Assembly: GCA_964035545.1 (NCBI GenBank)
Contig: OZ037769.1
Location: 10,880,633 to 10,944,632, forward strand
Origin: Bugula neritina
Taxonomy: Eukaryota > Animalia > Bryozoa
Direction: 5' to 3'
DNA length: 64,000 nt
Position 1 is the stretch's first letter; each line of letters opens with the position of its first letter. Of the stretch, positions 40,082 to 53,100 are shown piece by piece. Both the position numbers and the translations under genes were made by a program. The notes below the pieces were generated by a model. The model saw nothing but the letters and a program-made list of their open reading frames with translations, searched no databases and was not told where the DNA came from.

Positions 40082-40548
40082 TGTTGTAGTTTTATGCTAA
40101 CAACTACTATGTGTGAGTATGAGAAGCTAAAACATAACTCTTTGTATTTATCCAGGAGAGAGGACTGCGAGTGTTCCGAGAATGATAATATACATTTACA
40201 CACTTGGCATTTGAGAAAAGATATTAGATAAAACAGTAGTGCAACATCAGAACCATACATGAGTAGTAATACTAGCTAAATGTCACTGAGTGCATGTATT
40301 GTCCTGCTTATATAGGGGAGCTTAATCTTGATTGGCTCCACGAGTTCCGGTCTCCCTGCGGATGGCTATCTGCAGCCAAGTAGAGTGTGCAGAATCCCAA
40401 GGGTGCCGCCATGAGACATGCATGTGAGTGTTGCAGTTAAAAATAGAGATGCGTGGCCAATGTGCTTGCAGCACAGTTAGTTGAGTAGACTATGGTCCAT
40501 ATTGCGACCAAGGGAGGGGGTAGCATGATGTATGCCACGGCCATCGCA
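40082..40548 (-). mobile_element. Probable solo LTR
   Basis: GC-richer non-coding island. Minus strand runs TG...CCAATC...TATATAAG...ACTACAACA. ATAT at 40078-40081 and 40549-40552 is a possible 4-bp TSD. An alternative outer boundary is at 40727. Confidence 0.5.
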
Positions 40549-41386
40549 ATATGAAACTTACAAGCTTGAAACCATGAAACGCAGTAAGAGCAAATAATTG
40601 TGCCCCATTGGGCCAAGCAGCACTATCGATAGTTTACATTAAACTTGCTGACCATTCGAATTCATCTCATTTCCTGAAGCTGTACCAGTGTTAAGGAAAG
40701 TAGTGCAGTGGAACACTCAACTCTACATTTTCAGTATGTTGCTTTATGTGAAAAGTGTCTATGTCTCCAGTTTATGCTGTAATTTGGTTGTGATTGGTTG
40801 AAAATGTTGACCCACTCAAGCAAAAGTGCGTTAGTTTCAGTGCATGACAATTCGATGTGCCACTCAATGGGACCACTTCTTTTGCACTCATTTTTATAAT
40901 AGGGAACTCAATAGGGAAATGTGATAGACATTTTTTAGTACTATAACCACAGTTTCACTTATAGATTCAGTTATAAATGTTATTTAAAGTCTTGGGAACT
41001 ATTTGTAAAAACTCTAAAATATAAGTGAACAGTTTATTGTGGTTGGATTTTACTTGGAGAGAAGTAAGATGTACTTATGGCAGGTTAAATTATTCTGTTA
41101 CACAAATGTGAAACTGTTATATCTGCAGATACAAACTATTTCAAATTAATAAAGTGGGAGTCATATGGACTGCCTCGAACTTAGACAGAATTTCAGCATA
41201 TTAGGGTTATTTTAACAAGGTGTTATAGATTGAAGATAAAAATAGAAAACTTTGAAGTATATTATAAATGAATTAATAGACGTATAAGAAACAGTAACTA
41301 AAATTAGATGTATGAGATAACATATTTAGCGAGTATAATACAAGTCAAAAACATTACTACATAATATTATTCTATGGTATAAGTTC

Positions 41387-42517
41387 TCATATTAATGGTG
41401 TGCAGATCAGTTCACAGGCTGTTCTGCAGTTCGCGCCACCTGGAGGGCTGCCAGTGATGGTTCCATACGAGATTGGCTCGTCAGGGTTAGCCTGTCTCTT
41501 CTATAGAAAAATAATAGTAGCTAGTACACTTTACATACACGTCTGAGTTAAATAGGATATATGTAAGAAACGGGTCCAACTGTAAATGCACTGTGAAACC
41601 AGCCATATGCATTGCAATGCTGTAACATGTAAATATTAGATTAGAAAATAAAGCATAGTTTTGGCTACAACATTGCAGTACTACCATAAATATAGTACTG
41701 CAGACATGTGCGAATACAGATGGTGACATCGTAGTTGGAACTGGGGAACTGCAAAAACAGTATAATTTATGCTGTGATAGCAAAAGCAGTTTGGTCAGAG
41801 GTAGGTGCAGTAATGGAGAAATTAAGAAAAGCCTGTGTTCTGGATTAAAAATGTAGCATAAGAAGTTATGTTCTCGCGAGAATTTCAACCTATGCCGCAA
41901 ACCAAAATTTAATAATGAAATTAAAGAACTTAAGCTATCTCAATTTTTCTACTACTGTATCTAATAAGTGTTTAGTCAACAGTATAAAGCAGAAATCTGG
42001 AGAGATTAATTTATGTTTATTTAGTCATATATTTTTCTCAATTAGTTTAAGGTCCAGCATTAAGACTTATATATAGGGGAGCAGCCGTGGTCTAAGGGTT
42101 AAAACGTTTGCTATGTGAACGCGAAGTCATGGGTTCGAACCCCGACAAAGGCCATTGGTGATGTTAGAAAGAGCATCAAGTCATAATTGCTACTGTGCCT
42201 CATCTAAACAAGTCCTTATCCCGTTCCAACTAAAACTCTTTATATCAGGGCTTTCTCACAGGAATAGCGACTATAAACTTGCGAGATTAAGACTTATATA
42301 ACCACAGTGAGTTTTGCATAGTAGCACGTACGTGAATAGAGTGAGCAGTTGGCCTAGCCTCTACCAGATTTATGGCTATCATGTTGCTCTGCCACAACCA
42401 GATGTTAAACCCTGTCTGTAGAAGAAGCAGAACTACCACAACTACCAGCAAAACATCTTTCACTCGCTGACATCTTCCATGTGGTGAGCCCTTCTTTTCA
42501 ATCTCTGTGAACTCCAT
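41387..42517 (-). CDS. Small two-exon putative secreted/type II peptide precursor (99 aa), family not recognised
   Basis: Exon 1, 42517-42332: agcATGg context, MEFTEIEKKGSPHGRCQRVKDVLLVVVVVLLLLQTGFNIWLWQSNMIAINLVEARPTAHSIH, donor GTACGT. Exon 2, 41500-41387: acceptor TTTTTCTATAG, KRQANPDEPISYGTITGSPPGGANCRTACELICTPLI-stop. Phase-0 junction. Both exons are GC-richer islands. Minus-strand AATAAA at 41033-41038. Confidence 0.65.
41803..41962. mobile_element. ~160-bp MITE, copy 2
   Basis: Colinear homologue of 16104-16264, located in the intron of the small peptide gene. Confidence 0.8.
42074..42285 (+). mobile_element. tRNA-derived SINE, copy 3
   Basis: GGGGAGCAGCCGTGGTCTAAGGG head and GGTTCGAACCC B box. 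15-bp TSD ATTAAGACTTATATA at 42059-42073 and 42286-42300. Confidence 0.92.
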
Positions 42518-44858
42518 GCTGTACCATTCGGAATAAATTACACTCACTTTTATAATTATATTTTTTAAAACTGGAAAATGTGCCCAGGTTATAAAAACAA
42601 TAATTAAAATAAATTGTTATCTTATAAAATATTATATTAGCTTTGTTTTTATTTGGTAAATGGTTTTGGTATGTAAAATAAGCAAACCAAATGAATTTAT
42701 AAATGTTATAAAGTTTGCATCTTGAATAATAATTTATACAAAGTGGTACAGCGTTCTTGAATACCAGCAGTAAGATATATTGGAAATATCAATCATCTAC
42801 AGAAAACTCACAATAAATGCTATATTTATGTATTATAAGCACTAAATTACATCATTGTGTTATTTATAGATTGTGAAGTCTGAAAATCCCAAACTTAAAT
42901 ACAGAAACTAGTTTATAAGAGATATGCTATAAGCACATAAAAGTGTTGAAAAACAATATAAATGTAGTATTGCTAAAAAAAGAGAACTGACCTTTCAACT
43001 GTCGTATCTGCTTATATTTATAGCAAAATCCAACAGTCAACTAAAATAACTTTATATTTATGACTGAGTTGAAAGAGTTTTTATGCTTGACTGTCTCGCT
43101 TGCTACCAGAAACTGAAATGGCCTGTGCTACTTGCATACAAGAGCTAATTCATCACATCCAGGCCAAATTAGAAATCAGCATTAGCTGGGCTGCTAAAAT
43201 CATCAAAACAACAGCATATATCCCTGTGACAGCTTTCATCACTGGCAACCCATTGCATCATAATATTGAATCTGCTATGCAATTTCTGCTCTTACAATTA
43301 TGATTCATAAAGTATATTATGTAATAATATTTTATTATAGTGCAATGCATTATACAGTCTGCTCATTCAAGTGCACTAAAAGAACATATTATTAATTTTG
43401 GTACACTGATGTACCCCCATATTAAGGAAATGCATATATGTGCTACTGAAGTGCTTAGTCAGAGTGAAAATATTTCACAAAAAATCATAAATCTAAACAG
43501 AAACACAACTGTGAAATTCTTTTTCTGTAATCTACATCAAATGCTATTAGCCAAATTTAGTAAATATAGAATATTTATTTTCTACCAGACTTGCACTAAA
43601 TTTATATTATATAATTATATTACATATGAAAAAGTGATTAGACATCTGATTACAGAGAAACCCCCTTACAAGTGCACTATGCACCAAGATATTTTTTATT
43701 TTCCTCACACATACAGAATTATAAGTAATATTATGCAAAATTTGTGCAACAAAAGTGATTGCAAATTTATTGAGCAATACAAAGCAGTTATTAAGTAATA
43801 TCATGTATGTATACTAAATTCACAAGATTGACTGCTTTACACTAAAATATTGTACTTGGTAGAATGTGATAAAAATTTAAATGTTGAAAGGGCATATGCA
43901 GACATTATATATTCAAATAACAACTCGTATATAGAACTTTCGTCAAAAACATTATTACTTCATACAGTTGTTCATATATTTGCATCATTTCATCATATTA
44001 TGCTGAAATCATTTAAGTATGGCAGAAGTTGTCTTCTTTTGTTAGTACTTTTTACAACTAGTGTTTTAAAACTGAAAGCAAGTAAATTGAGATTTGGTAT
44101 AAAAGTATCATATAAAATGTCATATAACTAAACATGCTGTGTTGAGGTATCTGGAGCGTACGTTGCTAAGCAACACAATAATTTAATGAATGGTTGTTAC
44201 AAAACTAACTAAATAACAGCTTTAGAAAATTTTAAAAAGTTCTCATCTAGAGATGATCTGTCATAAAGTTCATAAATAAGTAATTATTGTTTTCTAATGT
44301 TAGGCTGCATGAAGATGGTCAATGTGAAGATTACAATAGACTAAGTGAATCTAGTATAGTAGGGGTAAGAGGGGGGGATAATTACCTAACAGGTTAGATT
44401 ACTTGCACATAATATGCTTCTTAGTCTACCCGTAGAATATTTTGGTAACTTTTGTCAATTTTCATGATATTAACATAAATCTATTACAGTATGATATAAT
44501 TTATTTATATAGAATATTATTGATTGCATTAGTTCATGAAAGTTACACTTTGACATCACAATTGAGTAACACAAATAACATAATAATATTGATAGTTTGG
44601 CAATGAAACTAAAATAGAGTTCAAGTAGCGGAATAAATAGGTAAGACAGAAAATAAGCAAAACAGGCCACAATGATAACTTCAACAGAGTTTCACTGAAC
44701 TAGAGTAGAGAATTTGATTACTTCAACTCAAGATTGTATCTTCACATTAGTATTTAGTTACAGGAGCCATGAGTTCAATATATCCTCATATCTACATGAG
44801 AGTAGCTATGAAATTGCACTTAGCAGAAGTGAATACAAGAAGTATGTCCATATGGTGG

Positions 44859-47491
44859 TTAGTCATCCAACTCCTCGTACTTGGCCAGTCTCCTTCGCAG
44901 GGTCTTCATCTGGTCATTCTTCTTTTGCAGCATTTGTTTCAAGTTCTTAAATGGAGTTGTCTGACTCACCTGAAAGTAGCAACAAAGATAATACAGAGCT
45001 AATCAGACTCCAACCCACCACCAGATCTCAACCCACCACCAGACCTCAACCTACCACCAGATATCAACCTATCACCAGATCTTAACCTAGCACCAGACCT
45101 TAACCTAGCACCAGACCTCAACCCACCACCAGACCTCAACCTACCACCAGATATCAACCTACCACCAGATATCAACCTACCACCAGATATCAACCTATCA
45201 CCAGACCTCAACCTACCACCAGACCTCAACCTACCACCAGATCTTAACCTACCACCAGATTTCAACTGATTGGTGGTGATTTAGATACAAAATTATGAGT
45301 TTGTGACTAACAAACTAAAATAAATATTATTTAATAAATTACAAAGAATCTGTGCGACATTAATTTCATTTACCATGTCTAACAATACTACTCTAATGTG
45401 ACATAACTGTTAGTCCAGCTGATAGCACAGCTTTTCTATGAGTTTATCATATGGCATACTAAGTATATGTAGTATACTAAGTATATGTAGTATATTAAGT
45501 ATATATGGTATACTGAGTATATGTTGTATACTGAGTATGTATAGTATAATGAGTATATATAGTATACTAAGTATACGTAGTAGTATACTGAGTAGTATAC
45601 TATGAAGTGGGTAAAGTATACTAAGTGCACTGTGAAAATACACAAAACACTTGCACCTTCTTTCACTTCTAAAATAATGATTAAAACAGTTTTTAACACT
45701 TTAATTAGAGCATTGTCACTGTTCAAAGTTTTATTGTTACTAGTTGTACCTAACACCTACCTTCTTCTCTAGCTCCTTCTCGGCCATGTCTAACATTTCC
45801 TGAACTTTGAGCAGTTCGTGTTTTGTCTCCACCATATTAGACTCCATCTTATCAGCCTTGGCATTAGCCTGCTGCACATCCCCTTCCATGGTAGAGCGCA
45901 AGCTTCTCAACTAAGGTCAAGGAAATAGCAATGGGAATACGTGAGCAACTCACACACAAAGGAGGTAGGAAAAGTAGGCTGCTGTGAAAACTTGCATCTT
46001 ATAACTAAGAAAATAATATCTTACTAGTAGAAAATAAAAAACAACTACTTCTATCAGCATATGTGGTAAACAATTAGACATATCAAATTATATTTTGTAT
46101 TACACAGATAGTTGGAACAAAAGAAAATCTATAGCTGCACTATAGTTAATTTAATATAAAAACTTATTTTCACTCAAAAAATGCAGTTTGTCAACTAATG
46201 ACCTAAAGATGAGTAACCATATTTGCTGAAAAATTGCATAAGAGGAGACAACTAAGTAAACTCAAAATGATAGTCATAGAAAATTTCTGAACTGAAGATA
46301 ATTCTTTTCTCGAACTGGCAGGACTTGGACTAAAATCAATTCATGGTAAAATAAAGACTCACCAACTTCTCATAGAATAATCTAGAAGCTCACCTGTTGT
46401 TCCAGTTCCTGGACCTCAGCAGGGTCATAACCTTTCTTTTTATTCATGGCAGCTTTCAATGCTTCTTCTTTGCTCCTCAACTGATTTGAAAGAGCTGACT
46501 TTTCTTCAGATACTCCAAGAGCTTGTTTTTCCACATTTCCAAGTCTAAAATAATGCAGAAACGTTAAAAATACAATTAATTTGACTATTTAAAAATATTT
46601 GCAAACAAGACTAGGTATGTTTAAAAATGTAAATACAAAATTTATTTTTGGCAATTTAGAAGACTAGGTGTGCTAAAAACCCTTTTTTGTCAGTGGTGTT
46701 TAAACTTTCATGAGACCAGAAAATAGCATGGCAGTCAGAAATAGCCACTCCATCACTATGTTAGCACTCATAAACTCACTAATAAAGTTACTGTTTGAAG
46801 TTGGTAGGGTGATGCAGTGCAAACACTGAAAGGCACAATAATATTATGAAGGTTAAACTTTAACCATGGTGTAACCTTAAGAAAAAGCTTTTACATTTAC
46901 CATTTACTTGTGCATTTAAATATGAGCACATGTATTGCATGTATAACAATCATCTAAGCAATACAGTTTGTCAACTTAATACCTTGATCGCAGCATTTCA
47001 TTTTCCTGTTCCAATTCTTGAATTTTCATAGATAACAATGCAGTTGTTCCACTTTCATTGAGTGGCTCTAATTTAGAAGAGGCTAATGCAGACAAATCTG
47101 TATCACGAGAAGTGCCCATAAATTCAGCTTCTTCAAAGTCTTTAATCTTCTCGAGCAGTTCGCGGTTTTCTAATTCTGAAATGTCAGCTTGTAACTTTAG
47201 GTGCCACTTTTCAGCTTGTTGAAAGAGTTGACGCAACAGAAGAACGTTTGTATGAGACGTATTAAGTAACTCTTCATCTACTTCACCACGTACTACTGCC
47301 AACAAGCCATCTAACATTTCAGTAACTTCATCCACAGTGTATGTGTCTTCAAACAGCCGACTTGACTTTAGATCTTCAAAACAAGCATCAACACATCTGA
47401 GCCTTTGACTCCTCTGGTATCTAGCAAAGCGCATATAATTTATCACAGTGGCTTGATGGTGGTCATTAAGACCTAAAGATCCAGTAGCCAT
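44859..47491 (-). CDS. LZTFL1: Leucine zipper transcription factor-like 1 (BBS17), 4 coding exons
   Basis: Exons 47491-46983 (LGLNDHHQATVINYMRFAR, EDTYTVDEV, NVLLLRQLFQQAEKWHLKLQADISELENRELL), 46544-46394, 45910-45761 (MAEKELEKK), 44969-44859 (QTTPFKNLKQMLQKKNDQMKTLRRRLAKYE). Confidence 0.96.
45004..45266. repeat. 18-bp minisatellite (~14 copies)
   Basis: Unit CCAGA(C/T)CTCAACCTACCA, ending about 35 nt from the last LZTFL1 acceptor. Confidence 0.92.
45455..45625. repeat. Degenerate ATACT(A/G)AGTATATGTAGT minisatellite
   Basis: ~18-bp AT-rich units in LZTFL1 intron 3. Confidence 0.8.
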
Positions 47492-47999
47492 AGTTTTTAA
47501 AAAAAGCACCGGTGAGCCCTAAATGACAAAACACTGAAAATTTGAGGACTAGGATTAAATTGATTGTGCAAAATTTATGATGCTCCTAGGTGATGTAAAA
47601 TGGCGTGGAGCCTAAGTTTTTAAATGGATTTGTTACAGCAATACAAAGGGCTATGCATTCTATCGAACTTATCTAGCATAATTGTTAGAAATTATGGTTA
47701 ATATTTTCAAAAAGAGCTATTTGCATGTGTAGTTTTTCTTACTAATTATTACTAGTCGTTAGTAATATATTTTACATAAAATTAATTTTAATTTTCATTA
47801 AAATAAAAAAATTTTAAAAGTTAAAATTTTATTTTTGAAAATGCTATGAAAAAATATTTTAAAACGTAGTTTTCGAAACTCGTAAGGGTTACACTGAGTG
47901 TACAAAGCTGAAGGAAGGTTCGACTAAATGTTATGTTAATTTAATGATTGCAATTATAGCTCTACAAGAATCCTTACAGTCATAGTTGATTTGAGTAAA
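47492..47999. promoter_or_regulatory. Bidirectional promoter region between LZTFL1 and TPRKB
   Basis: Divergent ATGs 508 bp apart. YY1-type AAAATGGCG at ~47597-47605. Confidence 0.6.
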
Positions 48000-49779
48000 A
48001 TGAAAGAATTGGATTTGGCCGTAAATATAAATATTGGATCAGAAGATGCCCTGGTAGCGTTAATCAGCAAAATAACAAATGCAAATGCTGTCAAGAAGGA
48101 ACTGATCACTGGGAGTCTCGCTGCTTCGCTAATCAACTGCACGCACGTTAGAGTTTGACTTTTCTGCTAATTTCTCTCTAACTTTAACTTGAAGTTTATT
48201 GTCATAATTAACCTCATAGGTCAAAACGATTTGTAGTCAATAGCGTATTAGTTGTAGTTCAAGTTCTAGATTAGGCTTTCAGCTTTTAGTTTTATTGTAT
48301 TTTAATCTAATTTCAAGGATCCCTGCGCTTACTCTTACTCTTAGCATCAATACTGGTTACTTAATGCTTATGGGGAATATCAATAATTATAATCTTAATG
48401 TTTATAGTAGTACTTCGAGTGCAATCCTAATCTATAACTCTATGAAGAGTTACTAGTTGTAGTTAATTATCAACCTGACTAACTCACTATATTAACATAT
48501 TTATATTAATATTAAGTGTAATATTTCCAATACCATTTCTTGTTATCCTAAATTGACTATATTCTAAATTCACAAGATCTTTTATTGGGTATCGCAATTG
48601 CATTGAATTGGGTATTTGTCAAAGTTAAAATCTTGTTGATAAGTACAGCTCTTATATGTGTTATTGAAATATAATTATACTTTCTTGTAATTTTGCAGAT
48701 TCTTGACTCTTGTCAATTACAGCTTGCCATATATAAAGCTCGAATTGCTCAGACTAGAGAAAAAATGACAACAAGAAATGTCTATTCTGAAATTCTTTAT
48801 AATCTTTCGCCAAATCGTCAGGTAAAAAGCTTAGTCACATTCTTTCCGGGCTTCTAGTTTCAGCACTTACTAGCCATGAAAGTTAGTTTGGTCAAACTCT
48901 GTTGAATCAGCTGCATTTGGATCGTATTGTTTACCTGCTCTTCAGATTACCCAGGCATTCAAACTGTTTGGCATTCAGGACACTGACACTGCAAGCTTAG
49001 TAGTTACTGTGGGAGACTCCAAGGAGAGCAACATGCACCAAGTTGTCAGTCTACTGGAGTCAGGAGGAGCAGTATGCTTACCTTTTGAGGATATCAGTCA
49101 GTTCAATTCATTAGAAAGTATTGAAAAGGTATTGACTTCATTGATGATAAGCTTGTATTTTAATGTTGAAAAGTGCCGGTGGTTTGACAATTTTGTCTCA
49201 ATTATTTTAAGATCAAACAATTAGTAAGATTTGGTCAAAGCTGCTGTTTAAAAACTTGTTGTTTTTTGTTTTGCAATAAATGCATACTCCTTGAGCTGTC
49301 TTCACATTATATGATAATAGGTTAATGTTACTAAATACATGCTATCATGGATTTTATTTTGCACAACAGTTCATAATGATTATTAGCTTTTTTATTAATT
49401 TTTCCAAAAATTCTAAAACAAAAGTGACTACATCTTCGAAAATATATTTAATCAACTGGATAATAATTTGGAGAAACAATTTTTGGTTTGCTCAAATTAG
49501 AGTAATTGTGTATTTTCTCTGATCCAAGAGGAGGCAATTACTGAATGATGCAGCACCATAAATTGGCTTATATTGTTATCATACTTTGTTATGTCGATTC
49601 ACTGGAAAGTCAAATATGTTAAGTGTCTAGCTAATGATTCCTATTCTTTCATTAAAGTATTCAATATATTATTTTAAATTATTTGGCAGCTGTACAAAAT
49701 CCAAGATGAAGAGCTCAAGGTGGGCACTCTTTCAGAGGCTGTGGTGAGTAGAATTGCGGCAAAAGAGATCATTGCTTGA
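48000..49779 (+). CDS. TPRKB: EKC/KEOPS complex subunit TPRKB (CGI-121), 4 coding exons
   Basis: Exons 48000-48146 (ITNANAVKKELITGSLAASLIN), 48699-48821 (ILDSCQLQLAIYKA, MTTRNVYSEILYNLSPNRQ), 48946-49128 (ITQAFKLFGI), 49690-49779 (LYKI, LSEAVVSRIAAKE). These match CGI-121 signature motifs. Confidence 0.93.
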
Positions 49780-50166
49780 AGCAATTTTGTTGGAGAGCTT
49801 GTTGACATTGTGTAATGAAATGCTACACTTGCTCTAGATAGATAGTACACTCTACACATGTGTTGCTGATTCTGATTGGATGCTTTATGTAAACAGAAAC
49901 TCTAAGCGGTCTAACCACTAACTAGGAGCAGCATATTGCTACTGCTCATTAAAACAATCTTTTCTGCTCTAAAGTTTGCTATTTTTTTACTCTATAACAA
50001 TAAAAGTCACTGATATTATTTAGTTCTTTGATCAATAAATAGGTGGTACATAATGCAGATAGCGTTTACATGTTACTTGATTTTATTTTGAACAGACAAT
50101 TTTTATGATAAACGATAATAACGAAACATAAAGAATGTTGCCACTTGATTAACATATAACAATACA

Positions 50167-53100
50167 CTACTTGTTGGTGCTGACAATCACTTTAGCTGGT
50201 AACTTTTTACTGGATGTAATGGTCAGCGCTGACTTGGGTTGTTTTGGCTCCATGTCGCTCGCTGACTTTTGTTGTTTTGGCTCCATGCCAGTTGCTGACT
50301 TTTGTGACGCTGCTCCGACTGTGCTCTTTGCTGGAGCCAGCTTACTCGGTTTTTGGACGTTCAGTTTCGATACCGCTGCCTCCATAGCTGGCGGGATACC
50401 CATATCCTTGCTGGCCTAAAGACGTAAAGCAACCAGCATGTGAGGGCCTCGTTCAAGAATGTTTAGAAACTTGTTGCATTGTGTCTAGTCTACAGGATAT
50501 TTCTGGTCCACACATTTGTTAGAAGAAATGCTTATTTAATGAAGTTATCACATGAAATGCTCCCTGGTAAGTCGCAAACTTAGTAAAACTTAATTTGTAA
50601 CTTTCAAGTCTTCAGAAATAAAAAATTTGGTTATTGAAAAATTCTGTAGGTCATAGCCATAATTTGTAAGCTTTTAGCAATGTTCTAGATTAGGGGGGGT
50701 TTTGATGCGACTTGTAAAATATGAGTTCTGGAAGCTAGAACTACTAAAATTGTCAAATTGTAGAAAAATAAGCTGTAGTTACACTAAAAACTTTGTATTT
50801 TTGTGTTTGCTATTTGGGATCAATTACTGAATTTTCTGTAGTTTATCTCGACTTATGACTAGATTATTTAGATAATATGTATGTACAGGTTCGGAAAATA
50901 TAGTTTACAATTTGCGCTATATTTTGCTATCCTAAAACATGTAAGGTGGAAGTGAGAAAATTGTGAAGCTCACATGTGTTGAATGTATGACAGAATTCTA
51001 AGTATGTATGTTAGTTAGCTAGCTAGCAAAGGTATGCATGTTTTTTCAATCTATATGAATTTCATTCTCTTGTATTTTGTACAGTGACATAGTGACATGA
51101 CATACCCTTGCCTTGCTTTCCATCACTTTGAGTACATTCTTCAGGTGAGTCCTCATTTCCATTATTTCCTTTTCTCGTTGCTCTAATAGTTTGACTCCCT
51201 CTAGTCCCATCTTCTTGATCTCACTTCGTAATGATACAACCTCCTAGGTTAGGAATATACAGCTGTATAAATGTTGTAAGATAAACCTATCTCCGTAGTT
51301 GTACATGTATTATGCTATGAAGTTTAAGACCAAGTGGTTTAGAACAATGCTAGTCGGATAGTCTAATTGAATGTTTAGTACCAATAAGGTATTATGTTGC
51401 TGAGGGTTCTAGGAATAGTTCCACTGCATGATTTATAAAAATTTTTCTCCAACTATATTTTGGGAAATTCTACAGGTTAAAGTACATTTTCTATTCAGTA
51501 TGTGTTACAAGGACCAATACAATTCTTGTGGCCTTATTTCACTGTAATGAGTAAAATAGGAAAAGCTAAAAGGATGTAAGGTGGTCTTAACGCTTGTGAG
51601 ATATAATCTCTGGGGACTAATCAAATACCAGAAGTTGAGGGCATATTTATCAGTTGTTTCATGAGTTGACAATGCCATTAGATTGCACTTTCAGATTTTC
51701 TATTCTCTTATAATAATATGATATTCACTAACCTTGGACTTTTTCTCCATCTTCTGTTTCAGATCGCCTTCTGCTTTTTCCTTGGCATTGCTGCACTTTT
51801 CAACTTGCTGGGACAACTTCTCTATCCTAGTCTCTTTCTCTTTGAGAATAGCCTGAAGTTCTGTAGATATATCACCTCTTTCACGGGCAATCTTCTCCAT
51901 CTGTGTTACAAATACTCAGTAAGATTGTGTGCATCTTCACAGTGTTTCAAGGCTATGAGGTGTTTGAAGTATTAATAAATTAGCAGTTTTTGTATTAATT
52001 GGTAGACTATCCTGACATCATTTGAAAAATATCTTGTATCAGCTTAGAAATATGTTTATTTGCTATTTTATATATAATCCTATGTTCTCTGATTAATCAC
52101 AGCAGATTTGTTGTGATTTATCTCAACTCCAGAACTTTCTATTTACCTGAGTCGTAATGTACTACTAATGGTCGGCTAAACTGACTCATAGCCAGTCAAT
52201 GCTTACTCACCTTCCCATAGATATTGGCAACATTTTCCTCTGTCTGCTGCAGCACCTTGTTGCTGTCTCTGCGTACTGCTGCCACCCTCACCTCCATCTC
52301 ATGGTTCAGTCTGTCCACCATCTTCTCTAAATACTTCTTATCCTGTTTGACCTGCTCCAAGTCCTTCCTCAACCTCTCATTGGTCGCCTTCATTGAGTCC
52401 TGAAACAGCATGTTTACCACATTATTTCTAGACGCTGTCTGCTATTCAGATAGGTCAGCAAGTTCAACGAATTGAGTTCCTCCTGTAGCTAATATTGCTA
52501 TGCTGCTATTTTGTTAAACCAAAAGTGATATACAGTAGTCAAAGTGCTGACCTATCATTTAACTGTATTGGTTATGAAAAAAACAGGTTTTATTTATAAG
52601 TTGCGTGCAACTGCATGTGGGTAAAGCTTGATTCCAATAAAACTGTAACTCTTTTCAATAAACCACTTCTTACTCTTTGCAGGGATAGCTGAGTTCTGTC
52701 AGATTCTAGCCTCTTGATTTGTTCTCTCAGATCGTGGATAGTCTTGGTGTCTCTTTGGTGAAGGGAGGACAGTTTGTCGTTCTCTGATTTCAACTTTGTA
52801 ATCTGATTCTCCTTGGATGCGTTCACGTGAGCCTTTTCAGTCTTTGCTTTTTCCACCTACCAAGTATACAATATTGAGACTCAATACACCATATCTATCC
52901 CCATCTCCACATTACAGCTATGTCAAGCTTATATATTATGCTCTAAACATCTTGAATTGCTCTATAAGCAGCTCCGAGTTGGGGGTGACTGAGTGCATCA
53001 GTTTGAGGTTCTCGAGTTTGCAGTTGGGGGTTTAGGTTGGAACCTTAAACTCAGAGCTGCATGTAGAAGAATTCAAACATCTCACCATACCTTATCCTTG

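Noticed and set aside
40690-40698. U12-type branch site TTCCTTAAC on the minus strand
   Set aside because: No matching RTATCCTT donor upstream and no convincing exon downstream. It lies in LTR-like sequence.
43150-43155. Tandem TGA codons read as selenocysteine
   Set aside because: No recognisable SECIS and no selenoprotein similarity.
44999-45265. RGG-like ORF (SGGRLR)n
   Set aside because: Translation of an 18-bp intronic minisatellite. The LZTFL1 exons join in frame without it.
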